Source of the DNA: Nageia nagi
Taxonomy: Eukaryota; Plantae; Pinophyta
Direction: 5' to 3'
DNA length: 64,000 nt
NCBI GenBank assembly: GCA_050084985.1
Contig: JBITNC010000002.1
Span: 27,156,001 to 27,220,000, forward strand
A program made the translations under genes and the position numbers. This document shows positions 40,252 through 52,699 of this stretch, piece after piece. Under the pieces are notes generated by a model, which made no database searches, was not told the origin of the DNA, and saw only the letters and a program-made list of their open reading frames with translations. The first letter of the stretch is position 1; the number at the start of each line of letters is the position of its first letter.

Positions 40252-43200
40252 CATAGTTGCTAGAATCGGAATCAGCAAAAAATCTTTTGCCTCGAGAATT
40301 CAAAATCTAGATTAATCGAAAATCAGCAAATAGGAAAAATTGAGAATTTTCTTTATTTGACATTGGAACAAATCATTTTTAGCTATCTTTCAACATTGCA
40401 TATTAAATAAGACAACATTCCATATCAAATAACATATTACACAAGTGACAAATAATGTAACATTGGAAATTGTATAGTCTTGCATTAAATATAGAATGTC
40501 CAAGGACCAAAGTACATCAAAGATTTCCAATTTGACAAAACAAAATCTAAACCACAACATTTTTCTATATTGTTTTTGTTTTCACTTTCTCTATCTTTCT
40601 TTTTCAGCTCTAGCTTTGGTTGCTCTTGCTGGTTCTTCTTCAACTTCTCCTTGTGAGTATGATGGATCCCCTTCTTGTGCTTGTGACTCTAATATTGATG
40701 CCCTAGCCCTTGCCTCTTCCTTTTCCATTGCAATAGCTTTTTATTCAAACCTTTTAACATCCTCAAAGCTGAAATCAAAATCTTGAACCTACAAAATTGT
40801 AAATGCCCTTCAAAAGCTAATAAAATATGTTGAATACTCAAATTCAATAGGTTATTGTTAAGTTGAAACTTGAAATCAAAATATCTAACCTCTTCTGGCA
40901 CATTCTTCAACCATGAAATACAACGGTTCACTTGCAACAATTTCATCCAACTCTATCGCCTCATTACTAGTTCCTTTAATCTATCTATGACGAGGTAAAC
41001 ATTGTAATGCACAAAAACTAAATCATTCAATCACTCTTGGGTGTTCTTATTATGCTTCTTCGAATGTATATGCTCGAAAGTGCTATAGTTTCGCTCACAT
41101 CAAAAAACACTATATGGTTGGGGTATGATTTTTGTAACCACTTTATGAATATTTGATGTATTACCTCCATAATCCTCCCACCATAGATCTGAAAAGAAAA
41201 CAAATAAAATTTTCATTTTTTTAACTTGTTACTAATTAGGCAATTCACTTTAAAAAAAAAAAAATGCATTTTGTGAGCTAGAGTTGTTGCATCTACACAT
41301 TCAAGGGCCCAAACCAATGTATACAAATTCATCTAGGGCCAAATTTTAAAATTCAGAAAATATTTGGGAAAAACGACAAAAATTCGTGACATATAAAAAT
41401 GACAAATTTGGCAAAAAAGGGGAAATAAATGTGGTACATTAAAAAAACACAAAAAAAATAATTTTTATACTTTTTTCTATAGAATACGCTTAGTTGCCAT
41501 AAATCATTTCCATATTGGCGATATCATCCAACAACATATTCATGATATAAATTTAAAGAAAATGATAGTGGATCATAATTTATAATCATAAATCATAACA
41601 TTGATATATGGAAACATATGAAATAAAAAGTCACCTACCAAATGTATGTCAAATGTCTACTCATAAGTCACATGCTCCCAAGTGCCAACAAGTGCAGAAA
41701 ATAGTAAATAGTATTATTCATCTAGATGAATATTTTAATTCGGACACGACCTAATTAAAATAACTTTCTCTATTTTTCCTGTACTTTATTAAAAAATTTC
41801 CTATAGAAGAGTTAAGAGTAATTTCCTTTAAAGGTTCTTTTCTTAGAAGTAATTCTATTTGGTTGTAGAAAAATTAGTTGGATTAAGATATACTTCTAGC
41901 TTTTCATATTAAAATGATTGACAGCTTAATCCCAAACCACATTGACATTCTCTTTCTCGTCTTTCTAATATTGAAATTTAGCTCAAAATTGTTTTCTAAA
42001 AGTTGTAGGAAACTTTTCTAGTCATTGAATTTCAAGACTAACTCCAAACTTTTTGAACTAGATTATATGCATATTGCTAATTGTCTCTACGATGGGTCTT
42101 TTCTCTTCTTGCAACTTTCTTTCTCCCAAATTACCTTGGCAAAAAAATGCTATCAACTATCAAAATAATGGAGGACATTGACACTAAAGCCAAAAGGCAA
42201 TGCATGAATATTCCATTCTCCTTTCTATGATTGATTTTCCAATACCACAAAAAGTAGCCAAATTACTTGTATGGAGAATGTGCATAAGCCATATTCAAAC
42301 AAAGTGTGTTTGCTAAATTAAGCTTAAGCATTTAAAGTGTACTCTGCAATTGATCAAAGAAAATGAACAATATTGAAAAGTAACACTCATACATATGGGA
42401 TTGCATCAAGCATATTCAAGCTTACATCTATTTGCTAAAAGACCATGAAACTAGCTTGACAATTTATGTAGTGGATTAAGTCAAGGAATGTTGTTTTTAA
42501 TGCTTATTTATTTTTACTTATATGTGTTTAATATAAAATATTCTATCCAACAAAGCCACATCGATACAATTTGTGCCCTACTTTTGCAATTTACATTAAT
42601 TGCAATTCTTTATTATAGGATAATAATGGACTCTCAACCTTCAAGTCACAAAATCAACCTCCAAGGCTGCAAGAATGCTCCCCTCAGCTTCACACTCCCT
42701 CCTCTCAAACCTACACATGACAATTGAGTGAAATGAGAAATAAAATTTGGACTTTTCCCTTTTCTCCCCACTGTTTCTGTCATGCTGCAAATTCATGTCA
42801 AATTTACTGAATTTTGAACGAATATTCAGCGAATATTCACAAATTTGATGAATTAAAAGAAAACAATCGACTGACCTTTTGATCGACGAATTTCTAGCAA
42901 ATTTGCAGTATATTTGGAAAATTTTGGACATCTATTCGAGAGCAAATTAATCACTTAAATCCAACAAATTTTTGAGGAGAATTTGAGGAGTAGAAAATTT
43001 TGCGAGTATTCACCAATTCGACAAATATTCACCGAATTTGTATACTATAACCCAAACAAGCAGCCTTGTGCTTTTTTGTAATATTGAGTCTCTTCGTCGA
43101 AAATTTTGCACCTAGTTCCCACATTAGTCACTAGATGTTTAATAGCCTAGTGGAGACCCGTAAATGCTATCAAAAGCCAAGGCCCAATATATTCAAATCC

Positions 43201-45415
43201 AATAGGTTAAGTTAAAAATTGAAATCAAAGTTGATTCTTGAAAACTGAAATAAAAATCGTCAGAGTTGATCAATAGTCTAGTCACTAGTGGATACTTGCA
43301 TTAATCTCCCAACTCATGTGATCGAATTTTTTGCTTTAGAACTTGGGGTTTTAGTACAACCACGCTGCATGTAGAGGCCCATGCAATTGAATATTCTACC
43401 TACGATCAATCATCTCCCAAATGGGATGAAACCTAATTGCATCATGAATGTAAAAAGACTCTATGGCCTCCTTGGCCCTATCCATCGCCTTGTATAGGTA
43501 CCCCATAGAGGTTTTATTTGAGTCCACAAGTTGAAGCACCTTCACTAAGGGCTCCATGATCTACAAAGCGAATTATGCAACTAAATTAATAAAAAAAATA
43601 ATTAATTAAATATTGATAGTAGAAAAGTGGAAAAGTTGAAATAGAATGATAACTTAATAACCTCATGTGTTGTCCAATAATCATCATAAAAAGATTGCGT
43701 TAACGACATTCTTGTTGTCTAGTTTATTTGCATATTTGGATTCTATCCACTTCTGACACAAACATTCGTTGCAATGCAACCCATTTGTGATAAGAAAATT
43801 TGCAATGAAAGAAATGATGTTGTAAATTGTGTAGCCCTTGCATGCAAAATTCAAAAATTTATTTTAATGAAACTTAAAAAAACTTGAAAATAAATGAAAT
43901 GAAAATTAAGAAATGATAGAAAATTTACCTGCATGTACTAGCTCCTTTCCATCTTTAAATTTTATCATCGTCAAATTGAAGACCCAAGAATGATTGTAGA
44001 TATACTTGGTGATATGCATCTCTTTTTCAACAACATCCTTGATCCAGTTAATCTTTCTAGTATTCTCTAGAAATAAATTGAGGACATATGTAGCACATGG
44101 AGTCCAAGAAATGATGGGGAATGCATCTTCAATCATCCTCTCAACTAAAGCGTATATAGAAGTGTTATCCATGATAACGTGTACAATATAAAATTTAAAT
44201 GAAGATGAATTAATTATTAAAAATTTAAATCAAAAAATGATAATGTACATAAAATAAACCACAAATAGAGAGAAAAATTACTTGCACAACATTTTCAACC
44301 CCCCACATCCTCAATGACCTACTATAGTTGGCCAAATAAATAGACATTTTCTATATGTCCTGATGCATCCATTGACTTCAGAAAGACTAGACCTCCTGAA
44401 GAATAACCCAAAAAGTTCAACAAATCGCTTCTTTGTACATCGTTCTAGGTATCACTGAGAATGTTTCCCTTTCTTCGCCAAATCTTTTTCTGCTCCTCAA
44501 TAACCCTCTTAATGTCTATAACAACCTCTTGCAATAAAGGTCCTTACAATTCATTGGAATTTAGTGCTTTGAACTTAGGACCACAAATTATGATTGCATT
44601 AACCATGTGGTCCCAATATGGTGATTTGGCCACATTGAAGGGAATGCATTTCCTTTCTAGCTTTTTTAAACTTATCCATGTTCCATGTTGCATCAAATGT
44701 GGTTTGGTCATCACAAGGGGCAAAGAAATCACACCTCACTACACTACTAGTGACTGAAAAAACTGAAAATGCTAGGTGGATGCCTAATCTTGTTGGTCTG
44801 TTTTGCATTGGCATTGCCTTTTTTATTGTAGCCATAGAGGCAAACTTGGGGTGGAGGTGGAGATGGATAAGATGACGGTTTGGCCATTTCTTCTTGGTGA
44901 TCTTTTCTTTGCTTTTGTTTTTTGTGCTTGGACCTCCAAGTAGGAATTCATTTGCCTTGGCACATCATCATCAACTTTGGGGCAAGATTTAACATTTTGT
45001 CTAGCCATTCCTGCTATATGAAACTTCATCTTGTATGGGCCTCCAAGAACAACTTTCTGATAGTAATTGCACATGTTGCTGCCTTTTGTTTCAGTTTTTA
45101 TTATATGAACCCAAACAGGTTCCATCTTATGCCCTTGTGAACTCATACCTGTAGCTGTAAAAACGAAAAAAAAAAGAACAAAAACGAAAAACACAATGTC
45201 ACAAAGGGCAAGGAATCAGACATTGAAAAAAAAAACAAATTTACCAACAAAAACTTATAGATAAACTAGAAAAAAAAAATTTGGGGAGAAATACCCAACA
45301 AAACTCAAAAACCACTTTAAAAAGCTTTAGAAACTTACTTGGATGTGTTGGAATTTTGGTGAAATCGTGAAAAATGTCAATTAAAATGCAAGAATCGATA
45401 ACTCTAGCAACTATG
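40252..45415 (-). mobile_element. hAT transposon (hAT-2) with both termini and a decayed, intron-containing transposase (~40570-45146)
   Basis: Perfect 13-bp TIR CATAGTTGCTAGA; perfect 8-bp TSD CTATGAAT (40244-40251, 45416-45423); motifs MCNYYQK..GGPYKMKFHIAG, IPFNVAKSPYW, WTPCATYVLNLFLE, WWEDYG..CERNYSTFEHIHSKK. Confidence 0.92.
41315..43049. mobile_element. Non-autonomous hAT derivative (1735 bp) related to hAT-1, inserted in hAT-2
   Basis: TIR core GTATACAAATTC at both ends; 8-bp TSD gcccaaac/acccaaac; 41330-41710 matches 30690-31120. Confidence 0.82.
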
Positions 45416-46329
45416 CTATGAATGCAATCAGGTACAAAAGGTGGATTAAGAAAAGTGCTACACTTTTTTGCCCTTACATTCTGCATTTGTGCCTTCTTGT
45501 CGAACTAACACTCAAGGTAGGTGTTCATCTCTTGCACTAATGTTGTGGCATATTTCCATGTTCTTATATGAAATCCAGGCAAGATAGTATTTTACGTTGT
45601 TGATCCCATCATGTATCACCTTGCCACAATAATTGCATTTAAGTATTCATTGTCTTTGCCTAAACTGGAAACTGCATTAAAAAACAGCCCTGAAAATCAA
45701 AGCCAAAACCCTAGGGAGACAAAAATGCAGTTGTGAAAAGGAAAACACAGCTAGAAAACTAAAACACAATCCTAAAAAAGTAAAACACAACCCTACATGA
45801 AGAAAAATGCAGTCCAAAGATTTCAAACACAAAGAAAAACACAGCCACAAAACAAAAAGATTCACCACGAAAAGAAAGAAATGCTACCTTCAAATCTTGG
45901 AACTGAAGATGAAAAACACAGTCGTCAATCTCACTTTGAAAGCCCTCAATCTCTCTCCTTTGCATTTTTCCTCTTCTCCCTTTCTTTTTTTTCTGCTCCA
46001 CAGTTCAATTCACAAGTTGAAATGTACAAAATGAGACACAAAAAAGTGTTTTTATGCATTCTGGGTTTCTGTACTGCACAGGCCAAATAATTGGCTTGGT
46101 ATGCACACGTGGCCGATTATTCAGACTAGCAAATAATCGCCCAAAAATCGGTGAAAAATTGCATATTCTCAAAGATGTAATTTTCATCTATTTTTTGGGC
46201 AATTATATGAATTTGCTTGTGTGACAATTGCTTGTCGAATATTGGCTGATTTTTCAAACTATGGTTGATACTTTGTTACACCTAGTAATATGAAAGGGGT
46301 GTGATCCCTGAGCCCCTCTATTGGCGAAC

Positions 46330-46860
46330 CAGGCTGCGGCTTCATTACCCTCACATAAAATATGTTGGATGCGATGGATCAGGATCTGATTGGAAAAGTC
46401 TTGAATTTCCTTGTAAAAGGGGGTGGGTTAAGTGCAAATTGTGAATTAAGCTTGTATTTGAACCCATTGACAATCACATGGCAATCTCTCACCACCACAA
46501 GATCATTGATGTTTCCTTCAATAACTAGCTGGACATAAGTAACAAGGGCCATTGCCTCTGCATGGTTTAAAGGCTTACTGGGGAGTCACATTAACTAGGC
46601 AAATAAGCATCTCCTTATATATTCGTGAAAAATCTTGTCACAAGTCACAACCTGCTTGTCTTGGCTTGCCTTTAGAAGCATCATGAACATTAAGTTTGGT
46701 CTTTCTTTCCTTGGGGTGCAGGGGTAATCTATGGTACATGGTTCCTTTGGGGATCCCATCCCAACTAAGCCATTAGAATGCATTCATCCTCCAACATTTA
46801 GCAACCACTTCTTTGATGCTATTCTGGAAGGGTTGGGCGACATCAAATTACTGAAAATGT
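46330..46860 (-). pseudogene. Plant L1 LINE 3' remnant (RNase H-like domain)
   Basis: TKLNVHDASKGKPRQAGC and NHAEAMALVTYVQLVI..LVVVRDC match KLNFDGASKGNPG.AG and NN.AEA.AL..L.VEGD. Confidence 0.65.
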
Positions 46861-48105
46861 GTTGTAAAAACATTCCTTGAAAGAGTATACAAGGAGCAAT
46901 ACAGAAATGTGGAGCCGTTCCATTGACAAAATGGAAAATATTAAGCTGCATGAGAAAGTTTATTCATTTTGGAACTGTGTTCCTGTATCTATGAGAAATA
47001 TGTAATGTTGTATAGAATAATTAACTTGAGGGTTTGAGCTTCCTTTGAAATTTTATGAGACTCTTGACCTTTCGTTTGATATAACTGAATCCTTAAATAT
47101 CAAGAAAATGTAAAATATAAAATCTGAAATTTATTAGTTTTAGTAATTAATTTTTACTTTTGTATTTTCAGGGTCTCCAAAGCATTTTTAGGTGGAATTT
47201 TTGGAGCTGATAGTCTTTGCATTTGGGTCTTGTTAGAATTCCCATTCCTGTATAAGTTTCCAAAATATTTAGAGCAGACTAAATCAGAGCCCCAGGTCTA
47301 AAGTTTTGCCCTCAACAAGTTATTTCCAGTTCTGCTATTTGGATATGTCCAGGAAATTTGCAAAACATGGATGAAGAAGCTCCATGTTGAAGATAGGGTG
47401 TAGACCAAAGAAGTGTAGAAGATTAAGCTCAAAGGTATTTTCTCCCACCTTGTTGGTGATGTTACAAGGCCCATAACAAAGTGGTCCAATCTTCCTGTTA
47501 CAAATTTTGATTCTTTGTTTCTACAGATGCAACCATACTTTATTACCAACTTTGTTTTGGTGAGATACCCAATGCTTTTCATGGGCTGCTTGTGTTTGGC
47601 AGTGGTTGTGTGCAGAGTTTTATGAACTTGTTGATGTGTTGAGTTTATTTCAATGAAGTGCTATCTTTGATTTCTTTTGGTGAGTTTTCAACACAGTTAG
47701 AAGAGCCATATTTATGGGTACCAATGATTGGAACCAAGAAATACTTGGAAGGAACTCTGTTTACTAGAGTTGTACGACATGACTAGGGAACCTCCAAGAA
47801 GAAGATGGTCAATGTCATGATGTTAATAAATACGATGCTGGAATATTACTTTCATCTGGAATAAGAGGATCATGAAATGTTGCATATCCATCCTGTGGGC
47901 TATACTATGATAGGCACTAAGTTTTTGTAGAGTGTAATATTGCCCTAGACCTGTTGTGTAATTACTAATTTTTGATTACTTGAAGACAAAGACAACATAA
48001 ATTTTAGAAAATAGAAATTTTGGAAGTAATCCTGTTTATCTTACAGATTTCTACCAAAGTAAATTAACGTTGGTTCTAAGACATTGTTCTTTTTAATTAT
48101 TTCAG

Positions 48106-48252
48106 CTCCTGTTATTGGTGGCATACTTTTCATCCTCCAGCAATTTGCTGGTATCAATGGTGTTCTTTACTTTTCATCCTTGACATTTGCTAATGCTGGC
48201 ATCAGTGATAATGCAGTTGCAAGTGTTGCAGTAGGAATAGCCAACTTTGTAG
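48106..48252 (+). CDS. Sugar transporter exon (APVIGGILFILQQFAGINGVLYFSSLTF...GIANFV)
   Basis: tttcag| acceptor, TAG|gtatat donor; TM7 QQFAGIN motif. Confidence 0.95.
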
Positions 48253-48343
48253 GTATATAGAGCAATTCAAGAATTTCTTTTTCCTAATATTTGCTCTTAT
48301 AAAATAGTCAAGTTCTTGATTTTGTTGGATTATTTTTGTACAG

Positions 48344-48417
48344 GGGCTATTACTGCTCTTTTTTTGATGGATAAACAAGGAAGACGTACTCTCCTTCTGG
48401 AAAGTTATTTAGGAATG
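48344..48417 (+). CDS. Sugar transporter exon (GAITALFLMDKQGRRTLLLESYLGM)
   Basis: gtacag| acceptor, ATG|gtgagg donor; D-K-x-G-R-R motif. Confidence 0.94.
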
Positions 48418-50506
48418 GTGAGGATCATTATTTTCAAACCTGTTAAATAATATTAAATAATGCCATTGTTGTCAATCCAAGCAACTTCTGATGACTTCAA
48501 TTTTTTTTTTTTTTTATGAAACGAACTTTTATGTCTGTTCTGGGACAATAATTGCCTTTTTTATGGTGATCTTATACTGATTGTGCAATAGTCTCTTCAG
48601 GCCTTTATTGAATGTCTTCCCAATAGTTTTTTCTAAGTTCAATCATGTTTGATATTCCAATAAAAGAAAGAAAGTTTGTTTCTTCTTCTTAAACTACATG
48701 TGTTCATATGTCTCTAACACTCATCCTGAAACCCCAGACACCAATCACCAGGAGTTGGTGCTGTACACAGCTTGAAATACCTAAACAAGTCTCAAAAGTG
48801 CTTATTAAACAGCAAACTAGTATTATAATAGTTATATAAAGAAGCTTCTTAACAGCAATGGAAGATTCATGAAGTTGTAATTGCCATTTTAGAACAGGTC
48901 TTTAGTTTCAATTTCACTTTCTTTAACTAGTCAGTAGGAAAGAAAGAAAGAACATGATCAAATATGCCAATTGTCTAAAGCATCTCCTACCTGAAAAAGA
49001 TCTATTGACTGTTTCAGTAGTTTGTGTCCTCTCATCTTCATGTTGTTGGTTAAAGGATTATCTGCTATGCTTGAAGCATTAGAAAACATTTCAACTGTGT
49101 AGCATTTCCTTGTCAGCATATATTCATAAAGTCAATCTTTTGGTTTTGATTGACCACTGGGGCTTTATATGGGTCTATCACCTTTGAATCACTAATGTCA
49201 CGTTCCAGCATTATCAACATCTAGATATCTGCATCCTACTCCTCATAGCAAATTTAATAATGGCAGTATCAACAGCAAGATTCGGCATTATTCTGAGAAT
49301 ATTACCTGTACGATTTAGTATTATTTATTATTGTCATATGGGAAGCCAGGTTTTGAGTCTTGGCATGAGCCTATCGCTCAAGTGCCTAACTGTGCAACCA
49401 AGTCCCCATTGGATTGCATAGAGCCAACCTTACGATGATGAATTTGAACAAAGTTTTCTCTCAGTTGCATTTGGTATCAAAGGACTGAGTAGACAAAACT
49501 ACCCATATATGCTCATTTATGTGTGCTGTTTACAGGTTTATCTTTGTCATGCTGTAATCTTCTCACTGTCAAATTGTCAACTGAACATAATATATGCCTT
49601 AATGGTGATTCTGAGGAAGAATAATTATATTTACAATTGTGGGATATCTCATCCAAAATGAAAATGTCCTATCTCATTATGAAAGATACAGTACTTCATG
49701 GGTTGGAACACTTTCATAAAGTGGCAACATAAAAATGTGTAAACAGCATTGCTTGTAGAATAACAATTCCAAATTGTTTGCTTAAGCTATGTTTGACCCA
49801 GCAATTTCTCCTGAAGACTATATTTATTTATAAATCTAATCTTCACAGAGAACGGTTAGCCTTTTGTTTCTTTTGCTATCTGGGTAGTTTCTGTTTGTCT
49901 GTGGGTGGGTGATGTTGCAATGAAATGATCTCCACATTGCTTCTTATCATGGTCATCCATTCAAATAGCTAATCTTACAATAGTGGAGTGTCAACAAAAT
50001 ACATCTTTCATTTGAAACCCTATATGTTCGTTATATGCTGAGACAACATAAATACTTGAGCGATTCTTTATTTTTGAATTTTTGTCATGGTTTTTTCTCT
50101 CTGCAAGGAAGATATACTCTCAAGTATAGTTTAATTGTAGAGCATATCTCCAATGGATTCCCTACAGCAATATGTTGGAGGTGATGTGATTTGCAATTTA
50201 AAGTGTTATATCTTTCAAGTTTTTAATGATATAGCAATGATACGTTTTCTTCCATTCCAGTTGTACATCATGATGACCAAAATAATGACTTGCAAATCAT
50301 AAATGTGAGTGATACCTATGCTTCTTTTCAGCAGAAATAATATTATACCTCTCCAAATATAGTAGGTGTAAATCTCAAGTCCTTATTTTGTGTATTTTTG
50401 AAATGTGTTGATCTCTCCTAGATGTGTCTGTAGCAGTAAAGACATGAAATAAAATAAAAACATTATTTATGCATATTTATAATACTCTTCTATACCGTTG
50501 ATGCAG

Positions 50507-50595
50507 GCAATTTCTATGTTCATGTTGGTTATTCCATTCGTTGCTCCAATGAATGAACAGATGGGTCATTTCATTTCAGTTTTTGGAACTCTCTT
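50507..50595 (+). CDS. Sugar transporter exon (AISMFMLVIPFVAPMNEQMGHFISVFGTLL)
   Basis: atgcag| acceptor, TT|gtaagt donor; phases match both neighbours. Confidence 0.9.
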
Positions 50596-50956
50596 GTAAG
50601 TTGTCCTGTAGACTGTTCTGGAGGAAATATTTGGTATTTGACTTCTGTGAGATAATCTATAGCAATAAAAATCTTAATATGAACATCTCCTCTTTGTATG
50701 GTATATCATGATCAACCATAATGGGATGAAGTTATGAACTAAAATATCATTTTATGTCTTCCAGGGTGCTTGACTAGTTTTAGTTTTTAGAACCTACAAT
50801 AGCTTGTTAAACATGATTTGTGATATACTCTCCTTTCTGTAAGTGCAATTTTTGAGTAAACCGGTTTTCAGTTTTTGAAGAAAATGTCTTTCTCACCATA
50901 CCTTCAAACATTGCACATTTTTATTATTTCCTAATATTTTTGAGCTATTTTTTCAG

Positions 50957-51071
50957 GTATGTCTTCACATTTGCAATTGGTGCTGGGCCTATTACTGGCC
51001 TTATCATACCAGAGTTGAGTGGCACACGGACTCGTGCAAAAACCATGGCATTCAGTTTATGTGTTCACTGG
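50957..51071 (+). CDS. Sugar transporter exon (YVFTFAIGAGPITGLIIPELSGTRTRAKTMAFSLCVHW)
   Basis: tttcag| acceptor, TGG|gtgagt donor; TM10-11 motif. Confidence 0.95.
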
Positions 51072-52699
51072 GTGAGTTCACAATCAAACATGTAACTGAA
51101 TGAGAGTCATGGAAATGAGGAACATTTACTACAATTTTGGTATACTAGCTATGTTAAAATAATATTCACTGTTTTATTTTTTGAACCTGTAAGGACTTGG
51201 TGTACAACAATTTCAATGTATGATCATGTTGAAGAATCTATAAACTTAATAATTTTGAAAGTCGGGGGGATCCTTTATCATTTGTGGTCTTTTTGGAGCC
51301 ATTCTTGTTTTAGTTTTCATCTATAGTTTCCCATAGAGAGCAACATGTGTGGTTTTTTTCAAATAAGTTTTCCAAAACTGCATTGTTTATTGATCTTCTA
51401 TGGTAGCTTGGGCATAAGCTTCTTAGATGTTTGTTACTAAGGAGTTAAATAATTGCAAATAAAAGTTCTGTCATATTTATCCTTTCGATTGTCCTTGAGA
51501 AAGGCATTGCTAAAGTCAGTGTGCACTTGAACTTATGTATGAAGTTGAACTACTAGGATTAGAAGTCCAATTCTTGTTTTGTTTGAACATCCTCATTTTC
51601 AAGGGCAAATCTTGCTCTGTATTCTCATCACATTACAGTAGGATAGTCTGATCTTCATCTAGGAATGACTCTTCTGAAACAATGCGTTCAGATTGGATAC
51701 TTGAATATTGCATTATGTACTCTGTTTGAACTGTCTTGCATTATTCTATATATACATACACATGAGTAGACGAGATATATATATACACAAATATTCAATA
51801 CTTTGTGGGGTGGAAATCGAGTTTAAATATTTTAGTATTAATGAGACTAACAACATGATACGATTTTTACAGATACTTTACAGAGTAGTGACACAAAATA
51901 CAAGTCTATTTTTTTTTTTTTATTATTAAGTAAAGAAGCCTGAATAGGGATCACTATGCAGAAATCATCCATACAGCTGATGAGTTGCCTTGATGGCTTG
52001 CTAGAATGCAGCATTTTCTCAAACCTGAGCATGTTGTAAAATTTGACTCGGGGGTTTTACAATAGAAAGCAAAGGACTCTTGCAAAAGAAGAAAAAGAGA
52101 TAGTCAGACATGACCTCCTAATGCCACTGACTAATGTAATTTATATGTTTGAACAGAATATAAGACAAATGATCACCAACTTATGACTATGTTTTCAAGA
52201 CATTCACAAGAAGTGATTGTGGTGATCTCACTGTGTCATTGATGACATGTACTGTGAGTATGCATGAGCAATTGAATTCAGACATCCCAAAGTGGCATCC
52301 CTACATTGTCCTAGCTTTTAAATGATTACCTAGTCATTAATCATTGCAAACATCGCTTATTATTCATGCCAAAATGGATATGCGTTTTGTTTTTCTCACG
52401 ACTTGTTCAAATGACAACATGATTTAAAAGGTTGCTTTAAAGTATTCTTTAATAGTTAAGCTTTCATGTCATTGGCTAGTTATTGTTTACTTTTGTTTGA
52501 TTGCATTATGAAAATAAATGGGAATTAGCTACGAAACTCATGCCGAAATTTAAGCAGATACTGTCACCATCTGTTATTTGTGGAATATACAGAATACAAT
52601 GAGTAATTGATAATGTTTTAGCTTGTAATATGTAAAAACAGAGTTAGAAGTGTTGTTCACGTTGTTCTGATATAAATTAACCATCATTGTTGGTTGTAA

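Larger units (their letters stand above)
29506..46263 (-). mobile_element. Outer hAT DNA transposon (hAT-3), internally deleted, host of a ~15-kb nest
   Basis: Imperfect TIRs CATAGGTCAAAAA and CATAGTTTGAAAAA, both followed by cagccaatatt; 8-bp TSD cttgatac/gttgatac; BED-finger remnant ~45480-45680; dimerisation remnant PCSSIGCKRYWSIFENIHSKR..LHYNL ~29900-30205. Confidence 0.72.

Noticed and set aside
40252-46263. Single hAT element ending at 46263
   Set aside because: Flanks do not match; 40252 pairs with 45415 (perfect TIR and TSD) and 46263 pairs with 29506.
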